The notes: generated from the letters alone by a model not told the origin. 64,000 nt of DNA from Chrysiogenes arsenatis DSM 11915 (GCF_000469585.1 NZ_AWNK01000004.1:40311-104310), one strand, 5' to 3'; shown: positions 22,896 through 32,769, counted from the stretch's first letter. Translations and numbers: made by a program.

Positions 22896-23857
22896 TCTTG
22901 CGAAACCAACGGATTTTTATTGGAGGCATCAGCATGAAACTTCGGCGATATATTTCCCACCACAACACGGTTGCGCCCCTGGCGTTTCGCGAGATAGAGG
23001 GCATCGTCTGCCACACCGATCAACATTTCCAAGGTGTTCTCTGTACTCCCTGAATATTCGGCAACACCTATACTAACCGTAATGCGCAGATGAATATCAT
23101 TATAGGTAATGATCGCACATTCAATCGCGGAACGAAGCCGTTCTGCCAATATAAAAGCATTCTCAGCCGATGTTTCTGGCAAAATACAACAAAACTCTTC
23201 GCCCCCATACCGCCCAACAATATCCACAATGCGCACCGCTTGCTGTAAGATGGTCGCCATTTCGCGCAAAACATAATCACCACATAAATGACCGTGGGTA
23301 TCGTTGACCACCTTGAAATGGTCAATATCGATCATAAACAGGCAGATTGATTTACCAAACCGGCGCGCTCTGGCAATTTCTGCGGCAAGACAAGAATCAA
23401 GATGACTTCGGTTGTAAAGCCTCGTCAGATGATCGAGTTTGCTCATTTCAATCAGTCGGTGTTCGTACATGACGTAGTCAGTTGCGTCCTGAATGGTAAT
23501 AAAGATCCGTGTGATGACCCCGCTCTCATCACGAATCGGCCCCGCCGTGCAATTCTGCTGCATAGCAGGAAGATATTCGGCAGAACCATGAGGATTTTTC
23601 ATTGGAATCAGGTAGTGGTGAAGTTTTTGCGAAAAAGTAGAATAATTGCCGAACTGAAATACACTTTGCACAAAACGCTTAAACGCGGCGGTTTTTAATT
23701 CGGGATAAAATTCATAGATCTCTTTCCCGACAATATCCTCTTCGCGAATGCAACTATGCATCGTCATCCAACGGTTCCACGTCGTAACCCGCATTTCGCG
23801 ATCTAAGACGACGATACCCATACTGATGGTGGCAAAAATCTGTTGGTGCTCAAGCAT
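22892..23857 (-). CDS. PAS-GGDEF diguanylate cyclase
   Basis: N-terminal PAS, GGDEF with GGEEF (..RYGGEEFCCIL..) and an RIVD I-site. ATGA overlaps at both ends place it in the che operon. Confidence 0.85.
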   Translation of the reverse strand: MLEHQQIFATISMGIVVLDREMRVTTWNRWMTMHSCIREEDIVGKEIYEFYPELKTAAFKRFVQSVFQFGNYSTFSQKLHHYLIPMKNPHGSAEYLPAMQQNCTAGPIRDESGVITRIFITIQDATDYVMYEHRLIEMSKLDHLTRLYNRSHLDSCLAAEIARARRFGKSICLFMIDIDHFKVVNDTHGHLCGDYVLREMATILQQAVRIVDIVGRYGGEEFCCILPETSAENAFILAERLRSAIECAIITYNDIHLRITVSIGVAEYSGSTENTLEMLIGVADDALYLAKRQGRNRVVVGNISPKFHADASNKNPLVSQE

Positions 23858-24491
23858 ATTTTTCCAAATAGCTGGCGATAGCTTTTTTAAGCCAGTCTAA
23901 CGTAATATCGTTGCTGATTAAAAAGAGGTATCCGCTTGCATTAAAGTGTTCGAGGTGAAAAACCGTCTTAAAATAAATCGCATACGAATTCTGCACTTCA
24001 AAAGCAGAATTCAGCGATGTGTGAATTTGATCTTTCACAAAAAAACGGGGTGGCGAATACGTCACAACATCATCCAGCAACTCAGCAATTTTACTGATAC
24101 ATGCCCCGATGACGATATTACTTACTTCAATCAATCCCTCTTTTTCAAGCACATCGACATCAGGATAATCTGCGATAATGGTGTTGCTGCTGTCAAATAA
24201 CCGCAGAAGCTTCTTCCCTTCGCCATGGGGAAAGAGAAGCAGGCTTGAGCCGCTAAACTTACCACTGAAAAACTGCGTAATCATACTCATATCATTGACA
24301 TCGGGTATTTCTTTGCGAATGCAGCGGAATACCTCTGCAAATGGGATGACCTGAATGACAGGCACCGTCAGCGTGACATGCTGATCAATAACATCTGAAA
24401 TTCCGGCAGCCGCTTGCCCAAAAGAGATATTCATAATTTCTTGCAGAACATCCCGCTCTATTTCATTTAAGTAGCTTTTCTCTGCGTCCAT
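23850..24491 (-). CDS. cheC: CheC-family CheY-P phosphatase
   Basis: Two copies of the CheC signature [D/S]-x3-E-x2-N-x22-P. The first is DVLQEIMN followed by 22 residues then P. The second is EVSN followed by 22 residues then P. 213 aa. Confidence 0.75.
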   Translation of the reverse strand: MDAEKSYLNEIERDVLQEIMNISFGQAAAGISDVIDQHVTLTVPVIQVIPFAEVFRCIRKEIPDVNDMSMITQFFSGKFSGSSLLLFPHGEGKKLLRLFDSSNTIIADYPDVDVLEKEGLIEVSNIVIGACISKIAELLDDVVTYSPPRFFVKDQIHTSLNSAFEVQNSYAIYFKTVFHLEHFNASGYLFLISNDITLDWLKKAIASYLEKYA

Positions 24492-24500
24492 CGTAGCCTC

Positions 24501-24863
24501 CTACTGCGCCAGCACTTGTCGCAAGGCGTCTTGAACACTCTCCTTGACCGGTGGCTTCTTGAGCAGAGCAAATGCGCCAAGTTGCATCGCCCGTTCGGTC
24601 ACACGCTTTTGTATATCTGCAGTTACCACTATTACGTTCGCGGTAGGATGTTCTTGCATGATTTCATGCAGAACATCAAGACCATTCATGTCTGGCATGG
24701 TCAAGTCGAGAAATGTCACGTCAGGGGAAATCTGGCGAAAGGTTTCCAGCGCCGAAGCGCCATCTTTTGCTTCGGTAATTTCGTGCCCCTGATCTTTCGG
24801 GATGGCACTTTTAAGGCTCATGCGTGCCACAATGGAGTCATCAACGATTAAGATTTTAGCCAT
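24501..24863 (-). CDS. cheY: CheY-like single-domain response regulator
   Basis: ..ILIVDDSIVARM.., ..VTFLDLTMPDMNG.., ..VIVVTA.., ..K.. 120 aa. First gene of the cheY-cheC-GGDEF-cheA operon. Confidence 0.85.
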   Translation of the reverse strand: MAKILIVDDSIVARMSLKSAIPKDQGHEITEAKDGASALETFRQISPDVTFLDLTMPDMNGLDVLHEIMQEHPTANVIVVTADIQKRVTERAMQLGAFALLKKPPVKESVQDALRQVLAQ

Positions 24864-24943
24864 TATTTTTCCTTGGATGGGTAGAGATGACGCATCAAAC
24901 CTCTATCAGGATATCTCTATAATTCACGGCCCTTAGTAAACCG

Positions 24944-24973
24944 AAAAAGCCAGCATGAACCATGTTCATGCTG
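24944..24973 (-). terminator. Intrinsic terminator downstream of pnp
   Basis: Perfect 10-bp stem CAGCATGAAC / GTTCATGCTG with a 3-nt loop, followed on the minus-strand transcript by GCTTTTTCGG. Confidence 0.55.
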
Positions 24974-24993
24974 ACTCAGTGAAACGTTATTGC

Positions 24994-27216
24994 TTAGCGG
25001 TTTCGGTTGTAGCCACCGCGATCACCACGATCACGGTCGCCACCACGGTGGTCTCGATCACTGTGAGGGCGGCGTGGTGGACGTTCTCCGCCACCATGAC
25101 TTTCCTCTTCAGCCATCCCTTCAGGGCGCTCTAAGAGTTCCTTGCGGGAAAGTTTAAACTTGCCCGTGCGGCTATCTATCTCAATCAATTTAACATCAAT
25201 AACGTCGCCTTCATTCAGGACGTCAGTCACCTGCGCAATGCGACGGTGATCGATTTGCGAGATATGCAGCAGGCCGTCGGTGTTTGGCAGGAATTCAACG
25301 AAGGCGCCAAACTCAGCAATTTTTTTCACCGTACCACGGTAGACTTTCCCAATCTCAGGTTCGGTGAGAATTCCTTCGATAATGGCAACGGCACGACGGA
25401 GACTTTCGGCATTGCTCGAAGCCACGCGACACAGGCCGCTATCTTCGATATCGATCTTCGCGCCTGTCTCTTCCACAATGCCACGAATGATTTTCCCGCC
25501 GGTACCAATGATGTCACGAATACGATCTGGTTTGACTTGTATCGTAACAATCCGCGGCGCGTGTTCACTCATTTCCGCACGTGGCATAGCGAGTACGTCG
25601 TTCATTTTGCCAAGGATAAACATCCGCCCTTCATGCGCTTTGGCAATCGCGGCTTTCATAATATCGATGGTGATCCCTTCGACTTTGATATCCATCTGCA
25701 AGGCAGTTACGCCACGCGCTGTCCCAGCAACTTTAAAGTCCATATCACCAAGGTGATCTTCAAGACCAAGGATGTCGGAAAGGATAGAGTAGCGATCCCC
25801 TTCAAGAATCAGCCCCATCGCGATCCCAGAAACTGCGCCTGTGACAGGAACACCAGCATCCATCAGTGAAAGTGATGCGCCACAAGCGCTTGCCATGCTG
25901 GAAGAGCCATTTGATTCGGTGATTTCAGAAACAATGCGCAGCGTGTACGGGAAGCTGCCATCTTTCGGAAGAATCGGCTCGATGGCACGACGCGCGAGCG
26001 CCCCGTGGCCGATTTCGCGACGTCCCGGTGAGCGGAGAATGCCGCATTCGCCAACACTGTACGGCGGGAAGTTATAATGAAAGAGGTAGTTGGATTTTGA
26101 TTCCCCTTCGAGATTTTCGACGAATTGTTCATCAGAAGACGTCCCTAAGGTTGTCACAACTATGGCCTGAGTTTCGCCACGCGTAAAGAGAACGCTGCCG
26201 TGTACACGGGGGAGAAACGATGGCTCGATGGTAATCTGACGAATTTCGTCCAGCGCACGACCATCAACACGGCGGCTGTGATCAAGCACGTTCCAACGCA
26301 ACACGCGACGTTCAAGTTCACTGAAAGCGGCTTTATAGTGCTTTTTAAGCGGTTCAAAGGCTTCGGCACCAATCTGAGCGGTAAAGTATTCAGACACTTC
26401 ACTCTTCAGGCGGCTCAGCGCTTCGTAAGTTTCAAGTTTATTGCCAATGCTCAACGCATCGTTAATTTTCTGGCGGAACGCCACATCAACCTGATCCATG
26501 ATCTCGGTTGGAATCGTTAAGAGCGAGTATTCACGTTTTGGATTTCCCGCAATGCGTCGCAGTTCCTCTTGTGCGTCAAGCAGTTTACCAATGGCGTCAT
26601 GGCCATAGGCAATAGCCGCGACGATATCATCGTTCGGCACTTCGTTCGCACCCGCTTCTACCATCAGGATAGCGCCGCGTGTCGAAGCAAGGAAAATATC
26701 AATATCACTTTCGCGCATCTGAGCAAATGTGGGGTTCAGAACAAATTCTCCATTGATGCGACCAATGCGGCAGGCGCCGAGTGGGCCACCAAACGGGATG
26801 TCCGAAATATGGAGCGCACAGGCTGCGCCATACATGGCCAGCGCATCAGCAGGCGTTTCGCCATCGGACGCGAGTACCGTCGCAATCACTTGCGTTTCGT
26901 TAACATACCCTTCAGGGAAAAGTGGACGGAGCGGCCGGTCAATCAGACGGGAAATAAGTGTTTCCCCGTCTGATGGCATGCCTTCGCGCTTCTTGTAACC
27001 ACCAGGGACTTTTCCGGTGCTATACCTTTTCTCTTGGTAGTTTACGGTGAGTGGAAAAAAATCGATCCCGTCACGTGCACTTTTACTGCTTACCGCTGTG
27101 ACCAGCACAACGTTATCACCTTGTTTGACGAGGACTGCCCCATCGGCTTGACGAGCTACTTTGCCCGTTTCGATCTCGATAATTTTCCCGCCGAATTCTA
27201 CTGATACTGAATGCAT
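24994..27216 (-). CDS. pnp: Polyribonucleotide nucleotidyltransferase (PNPase)
   Basis: Two RNase PH domains, KH and S1 (..GKVYRGTVKKIAEFGAFVE..), and a C-terminal RG-rich tail. I place the start at the ATG at 27216 (MHSVSVEFGG..., AGGAG RBS) rather than 27231. Confidence 0.92.
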   Translation of the reverse strand: MHSVSVEFGGKIIEIETGKVARQADGAVLVKQGDNVVLVTAVSSKSARDGIDFFPLTVNYQEKRYSTGKVPGGYKKREGMPSDGETLISRLIDRPLRPLFPEGYVNETQVIATVLASDGETPADALAMYGAACALHISDIPFGGPLGACRIGRINGEFVLNPTFAQMRESDIDIFLASTRGAILMVEAGANEVPNDDIVAAIAYGHDAIGKLLDAQEELRRIAGNPKREYSLLTIPTEIMDQVDVAFRQKINDALSIGNKLETYEALSRLKSEVSEYFTAQIGAEAFEPLKKHYKAAFSELERRVLRWNVLDHSRRVDGRALDEIRQITIEPSFLPRVHGSVLFTRGETQAIVVTTLGTSSDEQFVENLEGESKSNYLFHYNFPPYSVGECGILRSPGRREIGHGALARRAIEPILPKDGSFPYTLRIVSEITESNGSSSMASACGASLSLMDAGVPVTGAVSGIAMGLILEGDRYSILSDILGLEDHLGDMDFKVAGTARGVTALQMDIKVEGITIDIMKAAIAKAHEGRMFILGKMNDVLAMPRAEMSEHAPRIVTIQVKPDRIRDIIGTGGKIIRGIVEETGAKIDIEDSGLCRVASSNAESLRRAVAIIEGILTEPEIGKVYRGTVKKIAEFGAFVEFLPNTDGLLHISQIDHRRIAQVTDVLNEGDVIDVKLIEIDSRTGKFKLSRKELLERPEGMAEEESHGGGERPPRRPHSDRDHRGGDRDRGDRGGYNRNR

Positions 27217-27258
27217 AGCTTCTCCTTCCAATCTCCTCTTTGTGGTTTCCTGCGCTGC

Positions 27259-27528
27259 TTACTTCCGGATGCCGAGTTTGGTAATCAAACTGCGGTAGCG
27301 CTCGATATCTTTCCCTTTCAGGTAGTCGAGCAACCGACGGCGTTTACCGACGAGCATCAGCAGACCACGACGTGAGTGGAAGTCGTGAATGTGCTCTTTA
27401 AAGTGTTCAGTAAGGTAGTTGATCCGCTCTGTGAGGATCGCTACCTGTACCTCGGGGGAGCCAGTGTCGCCACCAGCAAGACCGAATTGAGTAATGAGTT
27501 CGCCTTTGCGTTCTTTCGTGAGTGCCAT
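27259..27528 (-). CDS. rpsO: 30S ribosomal protein S15
   Basis: 89 aa (..[51 protein letters not shown]..). Classic rpsO-pnp arrangement. Confidence 0.95.
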   Translation of the reverse strand: MALTKERKGELITQFGLAGGDTGSPEVQVAILTERINYLTEHFKEHIHDFHSRRGLLMLVGKRRRLLDYLKGKDIERYRSLITKLGIRK

Positions 27529-27602
27529 TGAAACTACTCCTTGAAATATTAAATAAACCGTGAATATCTAACACGATGAAGCGTATCCGTAAAGTCCTTT
27601 TC

Positions 27603-28199
27603 TTATTGCGACACCATTGCTTCCTCTACCAAATCACAAAAAAGATGGATGAGCGTAATGTGCATTTCCTGAATGCGCGGCGTGTGGGGTGACGGTACCA
27701 CTAAGGCGTGATCAGCCATGGCGGCTATTTTTCCGCCATCACGCCCTGAAAGTGCAACCGTAATTCCCCCAAGGCGTTTTGCCTCTTCCAGCGCCAGTAC
27801 CACATTCGGCGAATTGCCTGACGTGCTTATACCAATCACAATATCTCCCGTCTGACACAACCCTTCAACCTGGCGACGAAACACCTGATCATATCCATAG
27901 TCATTGCCTATCGCCGTCAGCGCCGCATTATCGGCACAGAGCGCAATAGCGGGCCATGCGCGCCGTTCACGGCGAAAGCGGCCAATAATCTCACCCGCCA
28001 AGTGCATAGCGTCTGAGGCTGAACCACCATTACCCATCACCAATATTTTATTCCCTGCTTGCAGGGCAGCGACAGTCGCATGCACTACCTGAAGTAACGG
28101 CTCACTCAGTGCAATGCGTGTGGCGTTTGCTACGGCAAGGTGCTCGTTCCATTGATCATCAATATTGCCGGAAAACTGGTAATTTTCACTCATACACAC
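27603..28199 (-). CDS. gmhA: SIS-domain sedoheptulose-7-phosphate (phosphoheptose) isomerase
   Basis: Near co-linear with GmhA: ..VMGNGGSASDAMHLAGE.., ..IGISTSGNSPNV.., ..GRDGGKIA.., ..RIQEMHITLIH... Adjacent to a glycosyltransferase. A DiaA-like paralogue cannot be excluded. Confidence 0.7.
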   Translation of the reverse strand: MCMSENYQFSGNIDDQWNEHLAVANATRIALSEPLLQVVHATVAALQAGNKILVMGNGGSASDAMHLAGEIIGRFRRERRAWPAIALCADNAALTAIGNDYGYDQVFRRQVEGLCQTGDIVIGISTSGNSPNVVLALEEAKRLGGITVALSGRDGGKIAAMADHALVVPSPHTPRIQEMHITLIHLFCDLVEEAMVSQ

Positions 28200-29314
28200 A
28201 CTCCTCTTTGTTTACTGGCGATAACCGCCTGAATAACCGCTATTGTTTGTTCAACGTTGCTTTCGATGGAAAATTCCTCCGCGATGCATCGTGCTTGCGC
28301 GCCATGCTCGCGTGCTCGTGTGTGATCTAAAAATGGCTCCATTTTATTCGCCAACTCTTCAGGAGTAAAGTGCTCAAGCACTCCAGCATTGTGAAGAAGT
28401 TCCGATGCACCATTATTGCTCGACGTCAACACAGCCGTACCCCATGAAGCTGCTTCAAGACAAGTATTACTAAAAGGGTCGTAGTACGTTGGCAAAACAA
28501 AGAGGTTCGCCGCTGCATAGTACAACGCAGGTTCCTTCACGGGGCCGGTAAACGTCACGCGCTGTTCAATGCCAAGTGTGCGCGCTAACTTCTGGTATGG
28601 GCGGAGATCACCTTTGCCAACAATAAAAGCATGGCAAGGAGCCTTTAATAAGGCGAGACCTTGCAGGAACAACCCTACCCCTTTGCGTTCAAAACCACTC
28701 CCAACATAGGTAAAAATAGGCCTATCAGAGGGAATTCTTGCCTCTGTCAGCACCTGGGTACGCAGCTCATCCCGCGAAGCAATATCCGGCACAACAACAC
28801 CATTATAAATAACCTGTATCCGCTGCTCAGGAACGCCATAATGCTGCATCACATTGCGCTTTACCATTTGGCTATTCGCAATAATAACTGGAGTTTGCGC
28901 AAAGAGTTGCCTTTCTAACGTCAGGATTTCCCTATTCTTGGGATTCAACCACTCTTTCATCCAATTGCCACGCAAATGCTGACGTTTGATATTGAGCCAC
29001 TCGCGATGCACACCATCACCCGCACGGTAGATATCCTGACCAACGGTTCGCTCCAGACTGAACACCACATCAAACGCGTTGCGCGCAAGGATAGTTTCCA
29101 CTGCCATAGCAAAACGCTTCACGCCGCGCCAACGATGCTTTGACACGCGGTGCAACGTCATGTGCGGGACATCCTCCCAGCGCTCGGCAATCACGTGCTG
29201 ATCGTACCGACTCCCAAGTGTTTCGATGAGACGCGAAAGGTAGCGCTCGGCTCCCCCATATAACGAAAAGTGGCGGCGGATAAAACAGAGCGAAAATGGT
29301 TCATTCGGTGTCAC
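28190..29314 (-). CDS. Family-1 glycosyltransferase (LPS-core / heptosyltransferase-type neighbourhood)
   Basis: 374 aa with a GT-B C-terminal half carrying the EX7E-like region (..FVLPTYYDPFSNTCLEAASWGTAVLTS..). Overlaps gmhA by 10 nt. Confidence 0.8.
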   Translation of the reverse strand: MTPNEPFSLCFIRRHFSLYGGAERYLSRLIETLGSRYDQHVIAERWEDVPHMTLHRVSKHRWRGVKRFAMAVETILARNAFDVVFSLERTVGQDIYRAGDGVHREWLNIKRQHLRGNWMKEWLNPKNREILTLERQLFAQTPVIIANSQMVKRNVMQHYGVPEQRIQVIYNGVVVPDIASRDELRTQVLTEARIPSDRPIFTYVGSGFERKGVGLFLQGLALLKAPCHAFIVGKGDLRPYQKLARTLGIEQRVTFTGPVKEPALYYAAANLFVLPTYYDPFSNTCLEAASWGTAVLTSSNNGASELLHNAGVLEHFTPEELANKMEPFLDHTRAREHGAQARCIAEEFSIESNVEQTIAVIQAVIASKQRGVCV

Positions 29315-29374
29315 AACTGCTCCAAATATGTATCATTATCATTGCTTACAAGTAGCGTTTTGTTTCAAAGGCGG

Positions 29375-30661
29375 CTAACGCACAACGGGCAACTCATCCC
29401 ATTTTGTAGTATAACGCGGCGACAGGTTGACCTGTCGCGTATCCCACGTGTGCTCTTTGGGTTTCCCTTGGGCAGCAAACCAGATTGTGCCGCGTCCGCC
29501 ACGGTTAATACGATCAAGGGCTTGCATCAGTTGTTGGCTCTTTTGGATTTCCCCTTCGTCTTCAAAAAGACTCCGCACTTTACGGTGGCGTGGGAGTATT
29601 TCACCCAGCATAACTCCAGCTTTACTATACGCATGCCCTTCGCGCCAAATGCTTTGTAAGAGTGAGCTGGCAGCACTGATAATGTCACGACTATCGTCAG
29701 TGGCCATGCCAAGCGCCATACTTGCACTATTCGCATAATAAGGCTGGCTTTCACTAAAAGGGCTGGTTTGAAGAAAAATGGTAACGTGCTGGGTAAGAAG
29801 TTTTTGCTCGCGCAGTTTCGCTGTCGCATTTCCGGCATAAGTACAGACGGCTTCTTGCATATCAACGTTTGCCGTAATCCGTTTCCCAAAGGAGCGCGAA
29901 CAGATGAGTTGCTTTTGTATCGGAGGGCTTTCTTCGAAGGCAAAACACGGGATACCATTCAGTTCATGGATAGTACGCGACAGGGTTACGGAAAAGCGCC
30001 GCTTGATTTCTTGCGGGTTCGCCTGCGCTAGTTGCAGCGCGGTTTTAATGCCGTAGAGGTGCAGTTTTTCGGTGGTCTTTTTCCCGACACCCCACACATC
30101 TGAAACGGGGGTGATTTCCATCAGCTTTCTTTGACGTATAGAGTCGGTAAGATCGACGACACCATTCGTCGCAGGGTATTTTTTCGCAGCATAGTTGGCG
30201 AGTTTCGCAAGGGTTTTTGTAGGGCCGATCCCAATGCCTACCGTGATACCAATCCACTTGGATACAGTTTGGCGTACACGTTGCCCATATTCGGCAAGTG
30301 GTTCAACGTTGCCGATACCACTGACATCAAGGAACGCTTCATCGATCGAATATATTTCCATCCTCGGTGCAAGGGTTTCGAGAATCGCCATCATCCGTGC
30401 CGACATATCGGCGTAGAGTGGATAGTTGGAGGAAAACGCCACAATCCCATGCCGCTCAATTTCATTTTTGATTTGAAACGCAGGTACCCCCATTTTGATA
30501 CCTAATGCTTTGGCTTCCTTGGAACGAGCCACCACGCAACCATCGTTATTGGAAAAAACGACAACAGGAGTCTCTTTGAGATCAGGTCGAAAGATTTTTT
30601 CGCAACTGGCGTAAAAATTATTACCGTCGATCAAGGCATAGAGGGGCATTGGAGAAATCAT
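29375..30661 (-). CDS. umuC: Error-prone Y-family DNA polymerase V catalytic subunit UmuC
   Basis: ..YALIDGNNFYASCEKIFRPDLKETPVVVFSNNDGCVVARSKEAKALGIKMG.. is co-linear with the UmuC N-terminus. ATGA-coupled to the upstream S24-peptidase gene. Confidence 0.85.
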   Translation of the reverse strand: MISPMPLYALIDGNNFYASCEKIFRPDLKETPVVVFSNNDGCVVARSKEAKALGIKMGVPAFQIKNEIERHGIVAFSSNYPLYADMSARMMAILETLAPRMEIYSIDEAFLDVSGIGNVEPLAEYGQRVRQTVSKWIGITVGIGIGPTKTLAKLANYAAKKYPATNGVVDLTDSIRQRKLMEITPVSDVWGVGKKTTEKLHLYGIKTALQLAQANPQEIKRRFSVTLSRTIHELNGIPCFAFEESPPIQKQLICSRSFGKRITANVDMQEAVCTYAGNATAKLREQKLLTQHVTIFLQTSPFSESQPYYANSASMALGMATDDSRDIISAASSLLQSIWREGHAYSKAGVMLGEILPRHRKVRSLFEDEGEIQKSQQLMQALDRINRGGRGTIWFAAQGKPKEHTWDTRQVNLSPRYTTKWDELPVVR

Positions 30662-31095
30662 AACAGTCGCTTCACCGCATGAATAATAGTGGTGACAACC
30701 CCGAAGATATCAACGTCGGCGCCATCTGGCACCTCAATCGGAGCATAGAACGAATTCATGGGAACCAGTCGCACGGTTGGTCTCATTTCGAGTTTTTTCA
30801 CCGTCAGCTCTCCATGAAACCCGGCAACCACAATATCACCGTGCTGAGCCTCAAGCGAACGATCAACAATCAAAATATCGCCCGGAGCAATACCCGCTTC
30901 TCTCATCGAATCCCCTTCCGCACGGACAAAAAAAGTGGCCGTAGGGTTGCGAATACACAGCTCATTAAGATCAAGCATCTTCTCTATATAATCTTGCGCA
31001 GGGGATGGAAAACCTGCCCGCACCGCTTCTACATACAGCGGAATTTGCAATGGTTTATCAGGGAGTTGGCATGTGCCAAGTATGGCAATACTCAT
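30658..31095 (-). CDS. umuD: UmuD (LexA-like S24 self-cleaving peptidase, Pol V accessory subunit)
   Basis: 145 aa. Ser/Lys dyad context (..AEGDSMREAGI.., ..GDIVVAGFHGELTVKKL..). Sits directly upstream of, and overlapping, umuC. Confidence 0.85.
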   Translation of the reverse strand: MSIAILGTCQLPDKPLQIPLYVEAVRAGFPSPAQDYIEKMLDLNELCIRNPTATFFVRAEGDSMREAGIAPGDILIVDRSLEAQHGDIVVAGFHGELTVKKLEMRPTVRLVPMNSFYAPIEVPDGADVDIFGVVTTIIHAVKRLL

Positions 31096-31122
31096 GGAAA
31101 GCTCCTTAAGAGGGCAATGACG

Positions 31123-31548
31123 TTACGGCTGTAATTCCCGTACAGTCAGCCGGTTTTCATCAATAGCCATCACTTCGACTTTGGTTCCATCAGGAAATGG
31201 GACAGTACTTTGTGCATCGTATCGCCAAAGCGTTCCACTGTATTCCACGAATTCCCCCTTCACGATACCAATTCCATGTGTGTTGATGGCTTCTATTTCG
31301 GGATGCGGCGTGGTGTCAATAAACCGTTTGCGCAGCAAGAGGAGCAAGACCAGCCCGACGGCTGCCGCAAGGGCACTTTGCAATGCCCAGTGACCAAGCA
31401 GTGCTGGAAAAAGGGCGTGAATAAGTGCCGTTGCCGCAAATCCAGCTCCAAACCACATCATGACAAAAGTGCCAGGAAAAAAAATGAGTTCGATAATGAT
31501 CAACGCGGCGGCAATGCCACCAAGCCAGAGTGGTGCCAGTGGCATCAT
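31123..31548 (-). CDS. NfeD-family membrane protein (short form, C-terminal OB-fold)
   Basis: Three hydrophobic helices then a ~60-aa beta-rich C-terminus. 4-nt overlap with the upstream SPFH gene. Confidence 0.7.
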   Translation of the reverse strand: MMPLAPLWLGGIAAALIIIELIFFPGTFVMMWFGAGFAATALIHALFPALLGHWALQSALAAAVGLVLLLLLRKRFIDTTPHPEIEAINTHGIGIVKGEFVEYSGTLWRYDAQSTVPFPDGTKVEVMAIDENRLTVRELQP

Positions 31549-32456
31549 GGCTGTTTGCCTTTATTGAACAAGTCTGAAAGAAGGCCGATGCCGGATGCCA
31601 TGCTCGACATTTCGGCAGGGACGACCCATTTACTAACAGCATCATTTTTCGCAAGGGTATTCCAAGCGGCAATACGGTCTTTTTCGAGCAGGAACTGGGC
31701 CGCAAGTTGATTATCTTGCATCGCGCTGTTGATCATTTCCATCGCCGCTTTCTGCCCTTCGGCAGTAGCCTTTTGGGCAAAGGCATCAGCTTGCGCAAGA
31801 CGCTCTTGGGCTTCTGCTTTCTTTTGCGCCTGATAGAGATCCGCATCTGACTCTTTTTGCACCTTCACTTTATCCGCTTCGGCACGAGTTTCGATGGCTC
31901 GCTTTTCACGCTCGGCAGTCATTTGCATTTCCATCGCTCTTTTGACCTGATCGGGAACGGAAATTTCGCTCACTTCAACCCGCATGATTTTAGTACCCCA
32001 AGAACTTGAGGCGAGATCAAGCTGCATCATCACTTTGGTATTGATGACGTCGCGACCGGAAAGGATCTGGTCAAGATCCATTTCACCGATGACAGCCCGC
32101 ATATTGGTGATCGCAAGATTTGAAATAGAGCTGTAGAGATCGAGCACTTTATACGTCGCATCAACCGCATTATGGGTAACGATAAAACACACACCATCGA
32201 TAGTGATAGTAACGTTATCGCGCGTAATTACCGACTGCTTGGGAATATTCACCATCGCCTCTTTGGTAGAAATCTTACTTACTACTTTATCAACAAACGG
32301 GATAATAAGACTCAGCCCCGGCGCAAGCGTCCGATGATATTTTCCAAGGCGCTCTACAATCATGTAGTGCGCTTGGGGTACAATGCGAACCGCAAATGAC
32401 GTCACCAAAAAAAGTGCTGCCGCCAGCGTTACCCAAAACGTAAGTGATTCGTACAT
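31545..32456 (-). CDS. SPFH/band-7 (stomatin/prohibitin-like) membrane protein
   Basis: N-terminal TM helix, SPFH domain (..YMIVERLGKYHRTLAPGL.., ..ITRDNVTITIDGV..), and a coiled-coil Ala/Glu/Lys-rich C-terminus. I place the start at the ATG at 32456 (GGAGG RBS) rather than 32528. Confidence 0.8.
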   Translation of the reverse strand: MYESLTFWVTLAAALFLVTSFAVRIVPQAHYMIVERLGKYHRTLAPGLSLIIPFVDKVVSKISTKEAMVNIPKQSVITRDNVTITIDGVCFIVTHNAVDATYKVLDLYSSISNLAITNMRAVIGEMDLDQILSGRDVINTKVMMQLDLASSSWGTKIMRVEVSEISVPDQVKRAMEMQMTAEREKRAIETRAEADKVKVQKESDADLYQAQKKAEAQERLAQADAFAQKATAEGQKAAMEMINSAMQDNQLAAQFLLEKDRIAAWNTLAKNDAVSKWVVPAEMSSMASGIGLLSDLFNKGKQP

Positions 32457-32769
32457 CGCAAAACCTCCAGCAAAGAATAAAAACCATTTTTCAGCATAGT
32501 AACTGACCCATTCCTGACAGAACACCACAACAGACTAGTACGCTCAACAGCAGGAATCAACACTATTCATATTTCAGAAGAGTTGGTGAAGCACCTCCCC
32601 ACACCGAATATAAGACACATGAGAGTAAAGACATTAGGACTTGCGAAGCGGTATAAATCACTTATAGTACCCATGCGAAAAAGATCCACCACGCGGCAAC
32701 AAATCAAGATCCATTTATTTGACGCCTTTGTGCCGCCCAACCGAAACAAACTCAAGGAGTTTCCTAACC

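Noticed and set aside
31129-31145. CTGTAATTCCCGTACAG as a LexA/SOS box for umuDC
   Set aside because: Not annotated as a feature. The spacer is 9 rather than 8 nt and the site lies inside the upstream coding region. It is kept only as a low-confidence finding.
32529-32769. The 240-nt divergent intergenic region, plus 33541-33696, 17189-17419 and 14193-14287, checked for tRNA/ncRNA genes or CRISPR repeats
   Set aside because: No tRNA-like T-arm (GTTCGAATC-type) motifs or cloverleaf-sized inverted repeats are present, and there are no direct repeats spaced at CRISPR periodicity. Only small overlapping ORFs without support (32567-32776, 32583-32870, 33542-33797) are seen. These regions are treated as promoter/terminator DNA.
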